Source: Crocinitomicaceae bacterium
GTDB taxonomy: Bacteria; Patescibacteriota; Minisyncoccia; Phycocordibacterales; UBA1006
NCBI GenBank assembly: GCA_047637555.1
Contig: JBLIKX010000001.1
Coordinates: 8,294-72,293 of the forward strand
DNA: 64,000 nt
Direction of reading: 5' to 3'
In this document: one piece after another, positions 36,197 through 45,713 of the stretch
Numbering within the stretch: position 1 is the first letter of the stretch
Layout of the letters: each line of letters opens with the position of its first letter
The notes under the pieces: generated by a model
Told to the model about the DNA's origin: nothing
Seen by the model: only the letters and a program-made list of their open reading frames with translations
The model's database searches: none
Translations under genes and position numbers: made by a program

Positions 36197-37072
36197 ATGA
36201 AAAAATATATTATTACCTTTTTAATTACCTCAACTATATTTCTCTCTGCCTTTTTTATTAGCGATAGAGTTAATGTTAGTCGTATTGAACAACTCGATAA
36301 TGTACAAGAAAAAATATCACTAAATATATTAACTACAGAAACACGTTTTGCACTTCTTGAGGAGTCTTCATGTGAAAATATCTTTGAAGGCAGTCAACTA
36401 GAGGTTGGAATAACAAAGGATTTAAATCAATTAGTAACGCGTATTAAATTCCTAGAAAGTGAACTAGGAGGGAATAATCAAGATGTGCAAATTTTAAAAC
36501 AACGTTATACCTTGCTACAAATCAAAGATTTTCTTTTGGTGAGAAAATTAAGTCAAAAATGTGAGTATACCATTCCAACCGTACTTTATTTCTATACGTC
36601 AGATTGCTTTGATTGCCGAAGACAATCGATTATTTTAGATCAAATTAGATCTGAATATAACCAAGTGCGTGTATACTGGATGGATTCTTCTCTTGATGAG
36701 CCTACAACAAATACTCTGGAACGTTTATATAATATTGAAACTTATCCAACGATGGTACTTGGCGATGAGAACTATTCAGGATTTATTTCTTATGATAATT
36801 TTTCAAGGAAATTATTGCTTTGGTCTAAGGATAATAATATTAATCTTCTATCAGAAGAAGATCTTATTCGGATAGGGCGTGGTCGTCAATATATTCTTTC
36901 TTTGGATAGATATTCACAACTACAAAGTAAAAATATTTCATTTGGTAAGGAGATCAATAATATATATGAATATTTCGTGACAACTATGAATGGAGAGGAA
37001 CCAGAATTAGTTCAACTTGAATATACAGATGGGGAATTTCTAGTAAAAATAGTTCCAAATAAAAACACTTAA
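36197..37072 (+). CDS. membrane-anchored thioredoxin-fold protein
   Basis: N-terminal TM helix; YFYTSDCFDCRRQ (CxxC) and ETYPTMVL resemble a thioredoxin fold; TAGATT 6 nt before ATG. Confidence 0.5.
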   Translation: MKKYIITFLITSTIFLSAFFISDRVNVSRIEQLDNVQEKISLNILTTETRFALLEESSCENIFEGSQLEVGITKDLNQLVTRIKFLESELGGNNQDVQILKQRYTLLQIKDFLLVRKLSQKCEYTIPTVLYFYTSDCFDCRRQSIILDQIRSEYNQVRVYWMDSSLDEPTTNTLERLYNIETYPTMVLGDENYSGFISYDNFSRKLLLWSKDNNINLLSEEDLIRIGRGRQYILSLDRYSQLQSKNISFGKEINNIYEYFVTTMNGEEPELVQLEYTDGEFLVKIVPNKNT

Positions 37073-37086
37073 TCAGTGTTTTTTTA
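37061..37086. terminator. bidirectional intrinsic terminator
   Basis: AACACT-taatc-AGTGTT stem, A5/T5 flanks; the loop carries the stop codon of ORF 36197-37072; also follows the tRNA on the minus strand. Confidence 0.65.
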
Positions 37087-37093
37087 TTTTATG

Positions 37094-37166
37094 AGCCACC
37101 TATCAGATTCGAACTGATGACCTATTGTTTACAAAACAATTGCTCTACCAACTGAGCTAAGGTGGC
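37094..37166 (-). tRNA. tRNA-Thr(UGU)
   Basis: Minus strand GCCACCT-TA-GCTC-AGTTGGTA-GAGC-A-ATTGT-TTTGTAA-ACAAT-AGGTC-ATCAG-TTCGAAT-CTGAT-AGGTGGC-T. Full 73-nt cloverleaf; CCA not encoded. Confidence 0.92.
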
Positions 37167-37188
37167 ATATAAACCTAATTAATTAAGT

Positions 37189-37533
37189 TTATAATGTTGG
37201 CTTTTCTTTTATTTTAGTAATAAAAGAAGAGGGTTTTTCTTTGTAAGTATCAGAATGAAGTTTCATTCTGATAAAATATTTTAATTTATTAACAGGTAAC
37301 TGACTATAATCAAGAGCTTTTTTAAGGCTTATATGAGTAAGTGCAGAGACATATTTTTTTAAATTAATTGATTTTGTTTGAGCATTAGAAAGTCGTTTCT
37401 CAAATCGAACACTATCGATATTACACGATCTCTTAATAATCTGCAATAGATTACTCTTTGTCTTTTTGTGTTCCAGAAAAAGAAGTACTCCAGTTCCCGA
37501 AACAGCAATCCCTAAGAGATATACAAATATCAT
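37189..37533 (-). CDS. hypothetical membrane-anchored protein
   Basis: 114 aa; one N-terminal TM helix, basic remainder; TATAAT 7 nt before ATG. Confidence 0.35.
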   Translation of the reverse strand: MIFVYLLGIAVSGTGVLLFLEHKKTKSNLLQIIKRSCNIDSVRFEKRLSNAQTKSINLKKYVSALTHISLKKALDYSQLPVNKLKYFIRMKLHSDTYKEKPSSFITKIKEKPTL

Positions 37534-37541
37534 GCGATTGA

Positions 37542-37994
37542 TTATACCGCAAATCGAGAGAATTCTGAAACTTCAATTCGCTCTCCTATCTTTAGAGTTG
37601 CTTCTTCAACAAGCTTAGCAATCGTAATTTCTGGATTTTTTATGAATGGTTGTTCTAAAAGTTCCTCAATATTTTCTGTTCCCATTGCAGCAATATGCAT
37701 ACCAACATTATGAGCAAGAGAAATAAAATCCTCATTCCGTGCTACATAGTCAGTTTCACATCCTAATTTTACAAGAACACCAATAGTGTTATTTGGATGG
37801 ATATACGCGCTTACGATTCCAGCAGCTAATTCTCGGTCAGCTTTTTTGGCTGCATTTTTAGCTGAGATTTCTCGTAATAATTCTTTCGCCTTAGTTATGT
37901 CCCCAGCGGCTTCTGTTAATGCTTCTTTACATTTACCAATAGAAACTCCTGTTTCTTCCCGAAGAGTTTTAATTTGTTCTACAGAAATATCCAT
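37542..37994 (-). CDS. tsf: elongation factor Ts, unusually short (150 aa)
   Basis: UBA-like N-terminus TLREETGVSIGKCKEALTEAAGDITKAKELLRE plus one core subdomain; start set at MDISVEQ (1 nt after rpsB stop; track start 38015 overlaps rpsB). Confidence 0.75.
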   Translation of the reverse strand: MDISVEQIKTLREETGVSIGKCKEALTEAAGDITKAKELLREISAKNAAKKADRELAAGIVSAYIHPNNTIGVLVKLGCETDYVARNEDFISLAHNVGMHIAAMGTENIEELLEQPFIKNPEITIAKLVEEATLKIGERIEVSEFSRFAV

Positions 37995-37995
37995 A

Positions 37996-38673
37996 TTATT
38001 TAAGTCCATCAGCAATCTTTTGTGTAAAGAAGTTGATTGATGAAACGTTAGTATCGTTTGCTACGATTGGGTGAGTAATAACCGATACATCACAGTCTGT
38101 GTTTGCAATAGCAATAACTGGAATATTCATTTGCCGTGCTTCTGTGACAGCGATCTCTTCTTTCTTTGGGTCAATAACAAAAAGTGCAGCAGGCGCTCGC
38201 TTGAGAGCCTTGATTCCTCCGAACTTCTTTTCAAGTCGTTCCATTTCTCGACCCAACATAAGTTTTTCTTTTTTGTTGGCTGCGATTAATTCTCCTTTTT
38301 CTGTTTGATCTTCCAGTTTAACTAATCGATCTACACGTTTTTTAATTTCACTCGCGTTAGTAAGAGTTCCTCCTAACCATCGTTCAGTTACAAAAGGCAT
38401 ATCAATAAGTTCAGCAGCAGCTCTCATAATTTGTCGCGCTTCCGCCTTTGTTCCAACAAATAATACTTGTTTATCTGCTTTCTTTAATTCCAATAAGAAC
38501 TCTAGTGCAGAAGCCAATTGAACTGATGTTTTTTCTAGATCAATGATATCTTTCTTTTGACGTGAGTCAAAAATGAACTCACGTGCTGATGGGTGACGTC
38601 GAGATTTTGAGTATCCAACATGTGCTCCAGCTTCGAACATTTCGTTCACAAGAGCTTCGTTTACTTTTGCCAT
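37996..38673 (-). CDS. rpsB: 30S ribosomal protein S2
   Basis: 225 aa; AGAHVGYSKSRRHP and following S2 signature blocks. Confidence 0.95.
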   Translation of the reverse strand: MAKVNEALVNEMFEAGAHVGYSKSRRHPSAREFIFDSRQKKDIIDLEKTSVQLASALEFLLELKKADKQVLFVGTKAEARQIMRAAAELIDMPFVTERWLGGTLTNASEIKKRVDRLVKLEDQTEKGELIAANKKEKLMLGREMERLEKKFGGIKALKRAPAALFVIDPKKEEIAVTEARQMNIPVIAIANTDCDVSVITHPIVANDTNVSSINFFTQKIADGLK

Positions 38674-38809
38674 AATTTAAATTTTTTAGAAAATCTTGCA
38701 CAATAGTTTTTAATAATAATTTCTATCGTTTGTTCTCACGTTCGACGGTGAGGGGAGAAGACTAACTACAACATCTGACAGATCATTCCCACAAGTTTTT
38801 ACCCAACCT

Positions 38810-38837
38810 ATATTACTTATTATTGTTATTTTTACAA
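38810..38837 (-). promoter_or_regulatory. candidate rpsB promoter TTGTAA-N16-TAATAT
   Basis: Minus strand; implies ~135-nt leader containing the hairpin at 38734-38753. Confidence 0.4.
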
Positions 38838-39221
38838 GATAAAAGTTATTATAAATAGCTGCTCTTTCTATTTTAAATATTCTCCCTTAATATTATCTAC
38901 TTCTAAGATATATAGGCACTCCAGAGTCTATAGCATTTGAGTAAGCCCTCTTTTCCATGTAAAACTGAGAAGAAAGTTGAGTACTATTTTTTTCACAATA
39001 CCAAGAATAGTATGGATATATTCTATTTTAGTATCAAGAATTGAAACATTTTCATATTACGCTTTTTTCTTTTCATACTTTTCATTCACTAGATTGTCTT
39101 TTTTTTATATTTCTCATTTTTTGCAACCCCTTAACTATATTAAATCATAAAATACATAATTTTATATTTTTTAATGTGAAGATATTGAAATATCTTATAG
39201 TTCGCGTATTATGGAATCTAT

Positions 39222-40475
39222 ATGAAACAGTCACAGTTATTCACAAAAACGCGGAAAGAAGCACCATCAGATGAAGTATCAAAAAACGCACAACTTTTAA
39301 TTAGAGCAGGTTACATTAATAAAGAATTAGCTGGAGTGTATGACCTGTTACCTCTCGGAATGAAGGTAGTTGAAAACATCAAAGAAATCATACGGCAAGA
39401 AATGAACGCAATAAACGGGCAAGAATTCATTATGTCTTCTCTTCAATCAAAAGAGGTTTGGGCAGCAACAAACCGATGGGATGAAGATATTGTAGATGTA
39501 TGGTTTAAATCGGACTTGCATGCAGGAGGTCAGGTCGGATTTGGTTGGTCTCACGAAGAACCAATTGTGAATATGATGAAAAATCACGTGTCATCATACA
39601 AAGACCTTCCAATTTATGTATACCAGTTCCAAAATAAATTCCGGAATGAATTACGTGCCAAATCAGGAATGATGCGTGGAAGAGAGTTTATTATGAAAGA
39701 TATGTATTCGTTCTCAGTTGACGAAGCTCAACATGAGGATTTTTATCAAAAAACTATTGATGCTTACAAACGTTGTTACGACCGATTAGGTCTTGGTAAC
39801 GATACTTTTGTAACTTTTGCAGCAGGAGGTGCTTTTACTGAATTTAGTCATGAATTCCAAACTATTTGTGAGACAGGTGAAGATGAGATTTATATAAATA
39901 GAGAAAAAGGTATTGCTATTAATCATGAAGTTTACAGCGATGCTACTCTAAAAAAACTAGGTGTATCTGCGGATGATCTTGAGAAAGTAAAAACTGCAGA
40001 AACAGGTAATATTTTTAATTTTGGAACTCAAAAATGTGAAGAAATGGACTTGTATATAAATAATGATCAAGGTAAACGAATTCCAATTCATCTCGGTTCG
40101 TATGGTATTGGTGTTACTCGTGTTATGGGAGTTATCGTTGAGAATATGTCTGATGAGAATGGTATTATTTGGCCAGAAGAAATTGCTCCGTTTACCATTC
40201 ACCTTGTAACTTTTGGTAAAAACGAAAATATTATCAGGGAAGCTGAGAATTTATATCATGATCTCAAAAAAGCTGGTATTGAAGTACTATTTGATGATCG
40301 AGATGCTGGACCAGGACAGAAACTGAATGATGCAGATCTTATGGGGATGCCATATCGTATTGTATACTCAGAAAAATCTTTTGAAAAAGGTGGCGTAGAA
40401 ATTACTAAACGTGAATCAGGTGATACTGAATATATTGATCCCGCACGAGTAATTGCTTATTTCACTGAAGGTTAA
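39222..40475 (+). CDS. proS: prolyl-tRNA synthetase (short form, no INS editing domain)
   Basis: 417 aa; bacterial-type N-terminus MKQSQLFTKTRKEAPSDEVSKNAQLLIRAGYI, class II motifs (FRNELRAKSGMMRGREF, GSYGIGVTR). About 150 aa shorter than E. coli ProRS. Confidence 0.85.
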   Translation: MKQSQLFTKTRKEAPSDEVSKNAQLLIRAGYINKELAGVYDLLPLGMKVVENIKEIIRQEMNAINGQEFIMSSLQSKEVWAATNRWDEDIVDVWFKSDLHAGGQVGFGWSHEEPIVNMMKNHVSSYKDLPIYVYQFQNKFRNELRAKSGMMRGREFIMKDMYSFSVDEAQHEDFYQKTIDAYKRCYDRLGLGNDTFVTFAAGGAFTEFSHEFQTICETGEDEIYINREKGIAINHEVYSDATLKKLGVSADDLEKVKTAETGNIFNFGTQKCEEMDLYINNDQGKRIPIHLGSYGIGVTRVMGVIVENMSDENGIIWPEEIAPFTIHLVTFGKNENIIREAENLYHDLKKAGIEVLFDDRDAGPGQKLNDADLMGMPYRIVYSEKSFEKGGVEITKRESGDTEYIDPARVIAYFTEG

Positions 40476-40483
40476 AAAATACT

Positions 40484-41539
40484 ATGAATAGTTTTTTACA
40501 AAAAATTTATAATAAATTCTCAAATGATATTGGAATTGATTTAGGTACAGCAAATACACTTGTTCATGTAAAAGGACAGGGTGTTTTAATCAACGAACCA
40601 TCGGTTGTTGCCATGAATACAAAAACAAATCGAGTAGTCGCTGTCGGGAATGACGCTCGAGAAATGCTAGGGAGAAATCCAGGGCACATTGACGTTATTC
40701 GACCACTAGTAGATGGTGTAATTTCAGATTTTGATGTTACCGAAGAAATGCTTTCATATTTAATTCGAAAGGCAGAATCTAAATCAAAGAAGTTTTTTAG
40801 ACCACGCGTTATTGTTGGGGTACCATCAGGAATAACCAACGTGGAACACCGTGCCGTTTATGATGCTTCTCACAATGCTGGAGCCAGAGAAGTTTATATT
40901 ATTGAAGAACCAATGGCTGCGGCTGTTGGGTTGGGACTACCGGTTCTCGAACCTGTAGGTTCAATGGTTATTGATATTGGCGGAGGTACCACCGATATTG
41001 CGGTTATATCTCTAGCTGGAGTGGTTCAGTCCAAAAATATTAAAATTGCTGGAGATAAGCTAAATCAAGATATCATTACCTATCTTCGTGATGAGTTTAA
41101 AATTCTTGTAGGAGAAAAAACAGCAGAAGAAATTAAAATCAAAATTGGTGCAATCAGTGATCACGAACAACTTGAATCAGAAATCAGAGGGAGAGATATT
41201 ATTACTGGTTTACCTCGGCAAATTTTGGTAAACAATTATGATATTCGCGAGGCAATTAATCACTCTATTTTAATCATTGTTGAGGGGGTAAAAGAGGTAC
41301 TTGAAAAAACACCACCAGAAATTGTTTCTGATGTTATGCAGCGAGGTATTTATCTTGTTGGAGGTGGAGCTATGATTGGTGGATTAGATGAACTTTTAAG
41401 GCGTGAATTAGAAATACCTGTTTACGTAGGAGAAGATCCTTTGTATGCAGTCGTAGTTGGAACGGGATTAGTGCTTGATCGGATCGACGATTATAAAGAA
41501 GTCCTAATTCACGAAGATGATGAGTTACCGTTACGATAA
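40484..41539 (+). CDS. mreB: rod-shape protein MreB
   Basis: 351 aa; actin-fold motifs IGIDLGTANT, DIGGGTTDIAV, YLVGGGAMIGGLDE. Confidence 0.92.
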   Translation: MNSFLQKIYNKFSNDIGIDLGTANTLVHVKGQGVLINEPSVVAMNTKTNRVVAVGNDAREMLGRNPGHIDVIRPLVDGVISDFDVTEEMLSYLIRKAESKSKKFFRPRVIVGVPSGITNVEHRAVYDASHNAGAREVYIIEEPMAAAVGLGLPVLEPVGSMVIDIGGGTTDIAVISLAGVVQSKNIKIAGDKLNQDIITYLRDEFKILVGEKTAEEIKIKIGAISDHEQLESEIRGRDIITGLPRQILVNNYDIREAINHSILIIVEGVKEVLEKTPPEIVSDVMQRGIYLVGGGAMIGGLDELLRRELEIPVYVGEDPLYAVVVGTGLVLDRIDDYKEVLIHEDDELPLR

Positions 41540-42305
41540 GCAAAGACAGGTACGAAAACGTTGGTATATTTTTGGTACCATTTTTTTACTAATTGCCTTA
41601 TTTACACCAATATATTCTTGGTTTTTTGACATGCTTGAAAAACCGTTTGAGAAAAATTGGTCAGACCGAATTGCGTTAGAGGTTGAATCAAAAAATATTT
41701 TTCAATCATTCTATAACAAACAACGTATTATTGATGAAAATCAAACGCTAAAAGAAGATGTTAGACGATTAGAAATAGATAATCTACGTACTCGTTATTT
41801 ATCAGAGGAATTGGAGAAAAATTTATTATTACAAGAATTAACTAATATAGTACCTGCACATGTTGTACGTCGTGATATTTATGGCTCATCTGATATTTTT
41901 TTGATCAACCAAGGTGACGATACTGGATTGGCTGTTGGTGATAAGGTACTAAATTACAATAAAGTACTAATAGGGTATATTTCAGAGTTATATGATACAA
42001 GCTCAGAAGTAACATTATTTTCTCACGTGGATGAAACGCGAAATGGGATTCTATTTCCACATGATATTACGCTAAATGTTGAAGGGCATGGAAATGGTAC
42101 CTTTAAAATAAATGCTCCACGTGAGATTAATATAGTTGAGAATGATATATTTTATGATTTAGAAAATCCTGGTTTTATTATTGGAATTGTAAGAGAGGTA
42201 GTGTTTGACGCTCGAGACCCATTTAAACAAGTATACCTATCGTACCCTATGAGCCTTAATGAAATAAATTTAGTTGGAATTAAAAAAAGCACCCAAATCA
42301 ATTAG
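41517..42305 (+). CDS. mreC: rod-shape protein MreC
   Basis: 262 aa; N-terminal TM helix, coiled coil, beta-rich C-terminus; directly follows and overlaps mreB. Confidence 0.65.
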   Translation: MMSYRYDKQRQVRKRWYIFGTIFLLIALFTPIYSWFFDMLEKPFEKNWSDRIALEVESKNIFQSFYNKQRIIDENQTLKEDVRRLEIDNLRTRYLSEELEKNLLLQELTNIVPAHVVRRDIYGSSDIFLINQGDDTGLAVGDKVLNYNKVLIGYISELYDTSSEVTLFSHVDETRNGILFPHDITLNVEGHGNGTFKINAPREINIVENDIFYDLENPGFIIGIVREVVFDARDPFKQVYLSYPMSLNEINLVGIKKSTQIN

Positions 42306-42416
42306 TATTGAATGGGTGTTTTATATTCGTATAGGCATAAAATCACTATTTTTTACATTGTCTTTTTAGTAATTTAAATAATTCTTCCTTTTTAATTACT
42401 CTTGGGTATACTTTGA

Positions 42417-43649
<1,233 letters not shown>

Positions 43650-43651
<2 letters not shown>

Positions 43652-43928
43652 ATCCTTCAATAACTGAAACAACTTTTTTTATCTTAACGCTCCCGTTAAA
43701 ATGTTTTTTTCGAGTATGACTGAATTTTACAGTTCCTTCTTTTAAGGCGAACAATGTATGATCTTTTCCGATTCCTACATTAACTCCTGCCATGGTTTTT
43801 GTACCACGTTGTCGAACAATAATTGATCCAACTTGTGCTGATTGTCCGTCAGCTAGTTTCAATCCTAAATACTTTGGATTTGAATCTCGGAGGTTTTTTG
43901 CCGAACCACCGGCTTTCCTATGTGCCAT
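43650..43928 (-). CDS. rpmA: 50S ribosomal protein L27
   Basis: 92 aa; [22 protein letters not shown]...IIVRQRGTK. Confidence 0.95.
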
Positions 43929-43999
43929 ATATAATTACGAGTTCTTATAAACAAGAACCTTGTGTAGTATACTTAGTGTTAATAATAGAAAGCAGGATA

Positions 44000-44398
44000 A
44001 TGGGTCCTAACAATCAGAGTAACATGCGGATTATAAACAAAGTAAACAAAAAAATCAAGGACCTGGTACATCATAAATGGTTTGATGAGGTTTTGTGGGT
44101 TACCCTTATTATGTTTGTGGGACTTGGTATGTTTTCCTTTGGGGTAGTGTACCAACGCCATGCATATCTAGAGCGTAATCCTCTACTCATCGAATATTCT
44201 GATGAAGCAATTGCTTTATGGGAAACCTATCAAAATATTAAAACAGAGAACCAAGAATTCTTTGGCTCAAAGAATGGATCGATAGTCTATCCTGTTGGAT
44301 GTACAAAAGGAAATCGTATTAAAGAAGAGAATATAGTATTTTTTGGAAGTTTAAATGATGCAACTGAAAGAGGATATAAAAAAGTAGAAGGGTGTTAA
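44000..44398 (+). CDS. hypothetical bitopic membrane protein with C-terminal Cys pair
   Basis: Start set at MGPNN (track start 43823 runs antisense through rpmA). One TM helix. C-terminal YPVGC...F.S...A...GYKKVEGC loosely resembles small Ada-like metal-binding domains. Confidence 0.4.
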   Translation: MGPNNQSNMRIINKVNKKIKDLVHHKWFDEVLWVTLIMFVGLGMFSFGVVYQRHAYLERNPLLIEYSDEAIALWETYQNIKTENQEFFGSKNGSIVYPVGCTKGNRIKEENIVFFGSLNDATERGYKKVEGC

Positions 44399-44405
44399 TT
44401 AGGTA

Positions 44406-44687
44406 TTATAAAAAACGAAACTGCTCACCTAAATTTTCTTTTAAAATATTCATGATCACTTCTGGCGAGACGTCATCATATATCCTAAACTGCTGTTTAT
44501 ACATTTTCCCAGTTACTGTTAGTAAATGACATCCAGATTCTGAGCTGTGTTTAACTGTAGTTCTATGGTCTCGTCTACCTTTAATAGAAATGATAATTCC
44601 ATAGCTGGTATTAATAATCCTATGTTTTTTAAGAAGTTTATTGATAATTCTGACTGAGTTTATTGCGGTTGTTTTGGAGCCTCTCAT
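44406..44687 (-). CDS. hypothetical protein
   Basis: 93 aa, basic, no recognisable motif. Confidence 0.3.
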   Translation of the reverse strand: MRGSKTTAINSVRIINKLLKKHRIINTSYGIIISIKGRRDHRTTVKHSSESGCHLLTVTGKMYKQQFRIYDDVSPEVIMNILKENLGEQFRFL

Positions 44688-44761
44688 AATTATTGTTTTA
44701 GGAATTTTCTCTGGTTATCCAGAAAAATTTATTGAAATAAATGAGCGCTAGTGAATATTAT

Positions 44762-44877
44762 TTACGGTATACTCTTGGTTATAGAACTGTACCTCGAGTG
44801 TATTTCGATTTTTACAGTCACTTTCGCTTTCTTAAAAATTATGCAATTCATAATAGTCGCTGAACTCCTTTATTCAT
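44762..44877 (-). CDS. micro-ORF pair homologous to the 47-bp array unit (MNKGVQRLL, then 29-aa MNCIIFKKAKVTVKIEIHSRYSSITKSIP)
   Basis: 17/17 identity to the array core plus extended similarity; ATGA junction at 44848-44851; internal AAGGAG; TATAGT 3 nt before first ATG. Confidence 0.25.
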
Positions 44878-45135
44878 CTAACTATAGCACGTTGACACAT
44901 TTTATGACTTTGTTAATGTGGTCGGAGATTAAAAGTAGTCACTAATTAAATAATTCAAAAATCATTTTTAAATGCACTTAAATTCAGTACGACCATCAAG
45001 CATTTTTCCAAGAGTTAACTATTTTAATAAACCTCGAAAAAAGTAAATATTTCTTCATAAAACAACAATACTTCTATTTTTTTTTGAGGTATTTTTTATT
45101 TCCTTATCATGCTAAATCTGCCATTATTTACAAAT

Positions 45136-45648
45136 ATGAATACATCAAAAGAAGTTACTCTTATCGAATTTTTATTTGTTATCTCAATTATTGGATTATT
45201 ATCCACCATTATTGTAGGCAGCTTGTGCGATGATCGAGCTTGAGATATTAAACAACTTGGAAGTATTAGAACAATTCAAATGGCATTAGAAATTTATAAT
45301 TTAGATAATGGTTTTTATCCCCCACATGCTGTTTAACTTGCGTTCAACCTAATTCATCTAAGGGTGCTTAGGTATAAAGTCCATATACTTCTTGGGAAAA
45401 TCTAAGTTTTGGACTAGGAATCACATTAGTTGTTGATATTATAAATTATGAAGGTTTGAGTACCACAATTGGAGATAGACTATATAATTATGATTATTTC
45501 AAATCTGTTCCTAGTTACCCAAAAGGTTCAGGATATTTTATTAAAGTTAAACTAAAATCAGATTTTTCCTGCAACTACTTTAGATCCTGAGGTTAAACCT
45601 TGTGATACGGGTACTAAATATTATTAGGGTTCTGGTATTACCATATGA
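45136..45648 (+). pseudogene. decayed type IV pilin/pseudopilin gene
   Basis: MNTSKEVTLIEFLFVISIIGLLSTIIVGSL..DRA*DIKQLGSIRTIQMALEIYNLDNGFYP, then pilin-like pieces in the other two frames (YNYDYF..GYFIKVKLKSD; LDPEVKPCDTGTKYY*GSG). Gly-1 lost; at least 5 stops and at least 2 frameshifts. Confidence 0.7.
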
Positions 45649-45713
45649 GCATCTCCTCTTTTACAAGTTCTCGTAGGGCTTTTTTGTTTTAATAAATTCG
45701 CTATAGTGTTTGT

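Noticed and set aside
43823-43999. N-terminal extension of ORF 43823-44398 given in the ORF track
   Set aside because: The first 59 codons run antisense through rpmA. An internal ATG at 44000 follows the rpmA start region and gives a sensible TM-anchored protein.
44751-44945. 64-aa hydrophobic track ORF (GTG start) on the + strand
   Set aside because: It has no promoter or motif support, and it overlaps the conserved micro-ORF module on the opposite strand. It is probably an AT-rich chance ORF, but this is not excluded.
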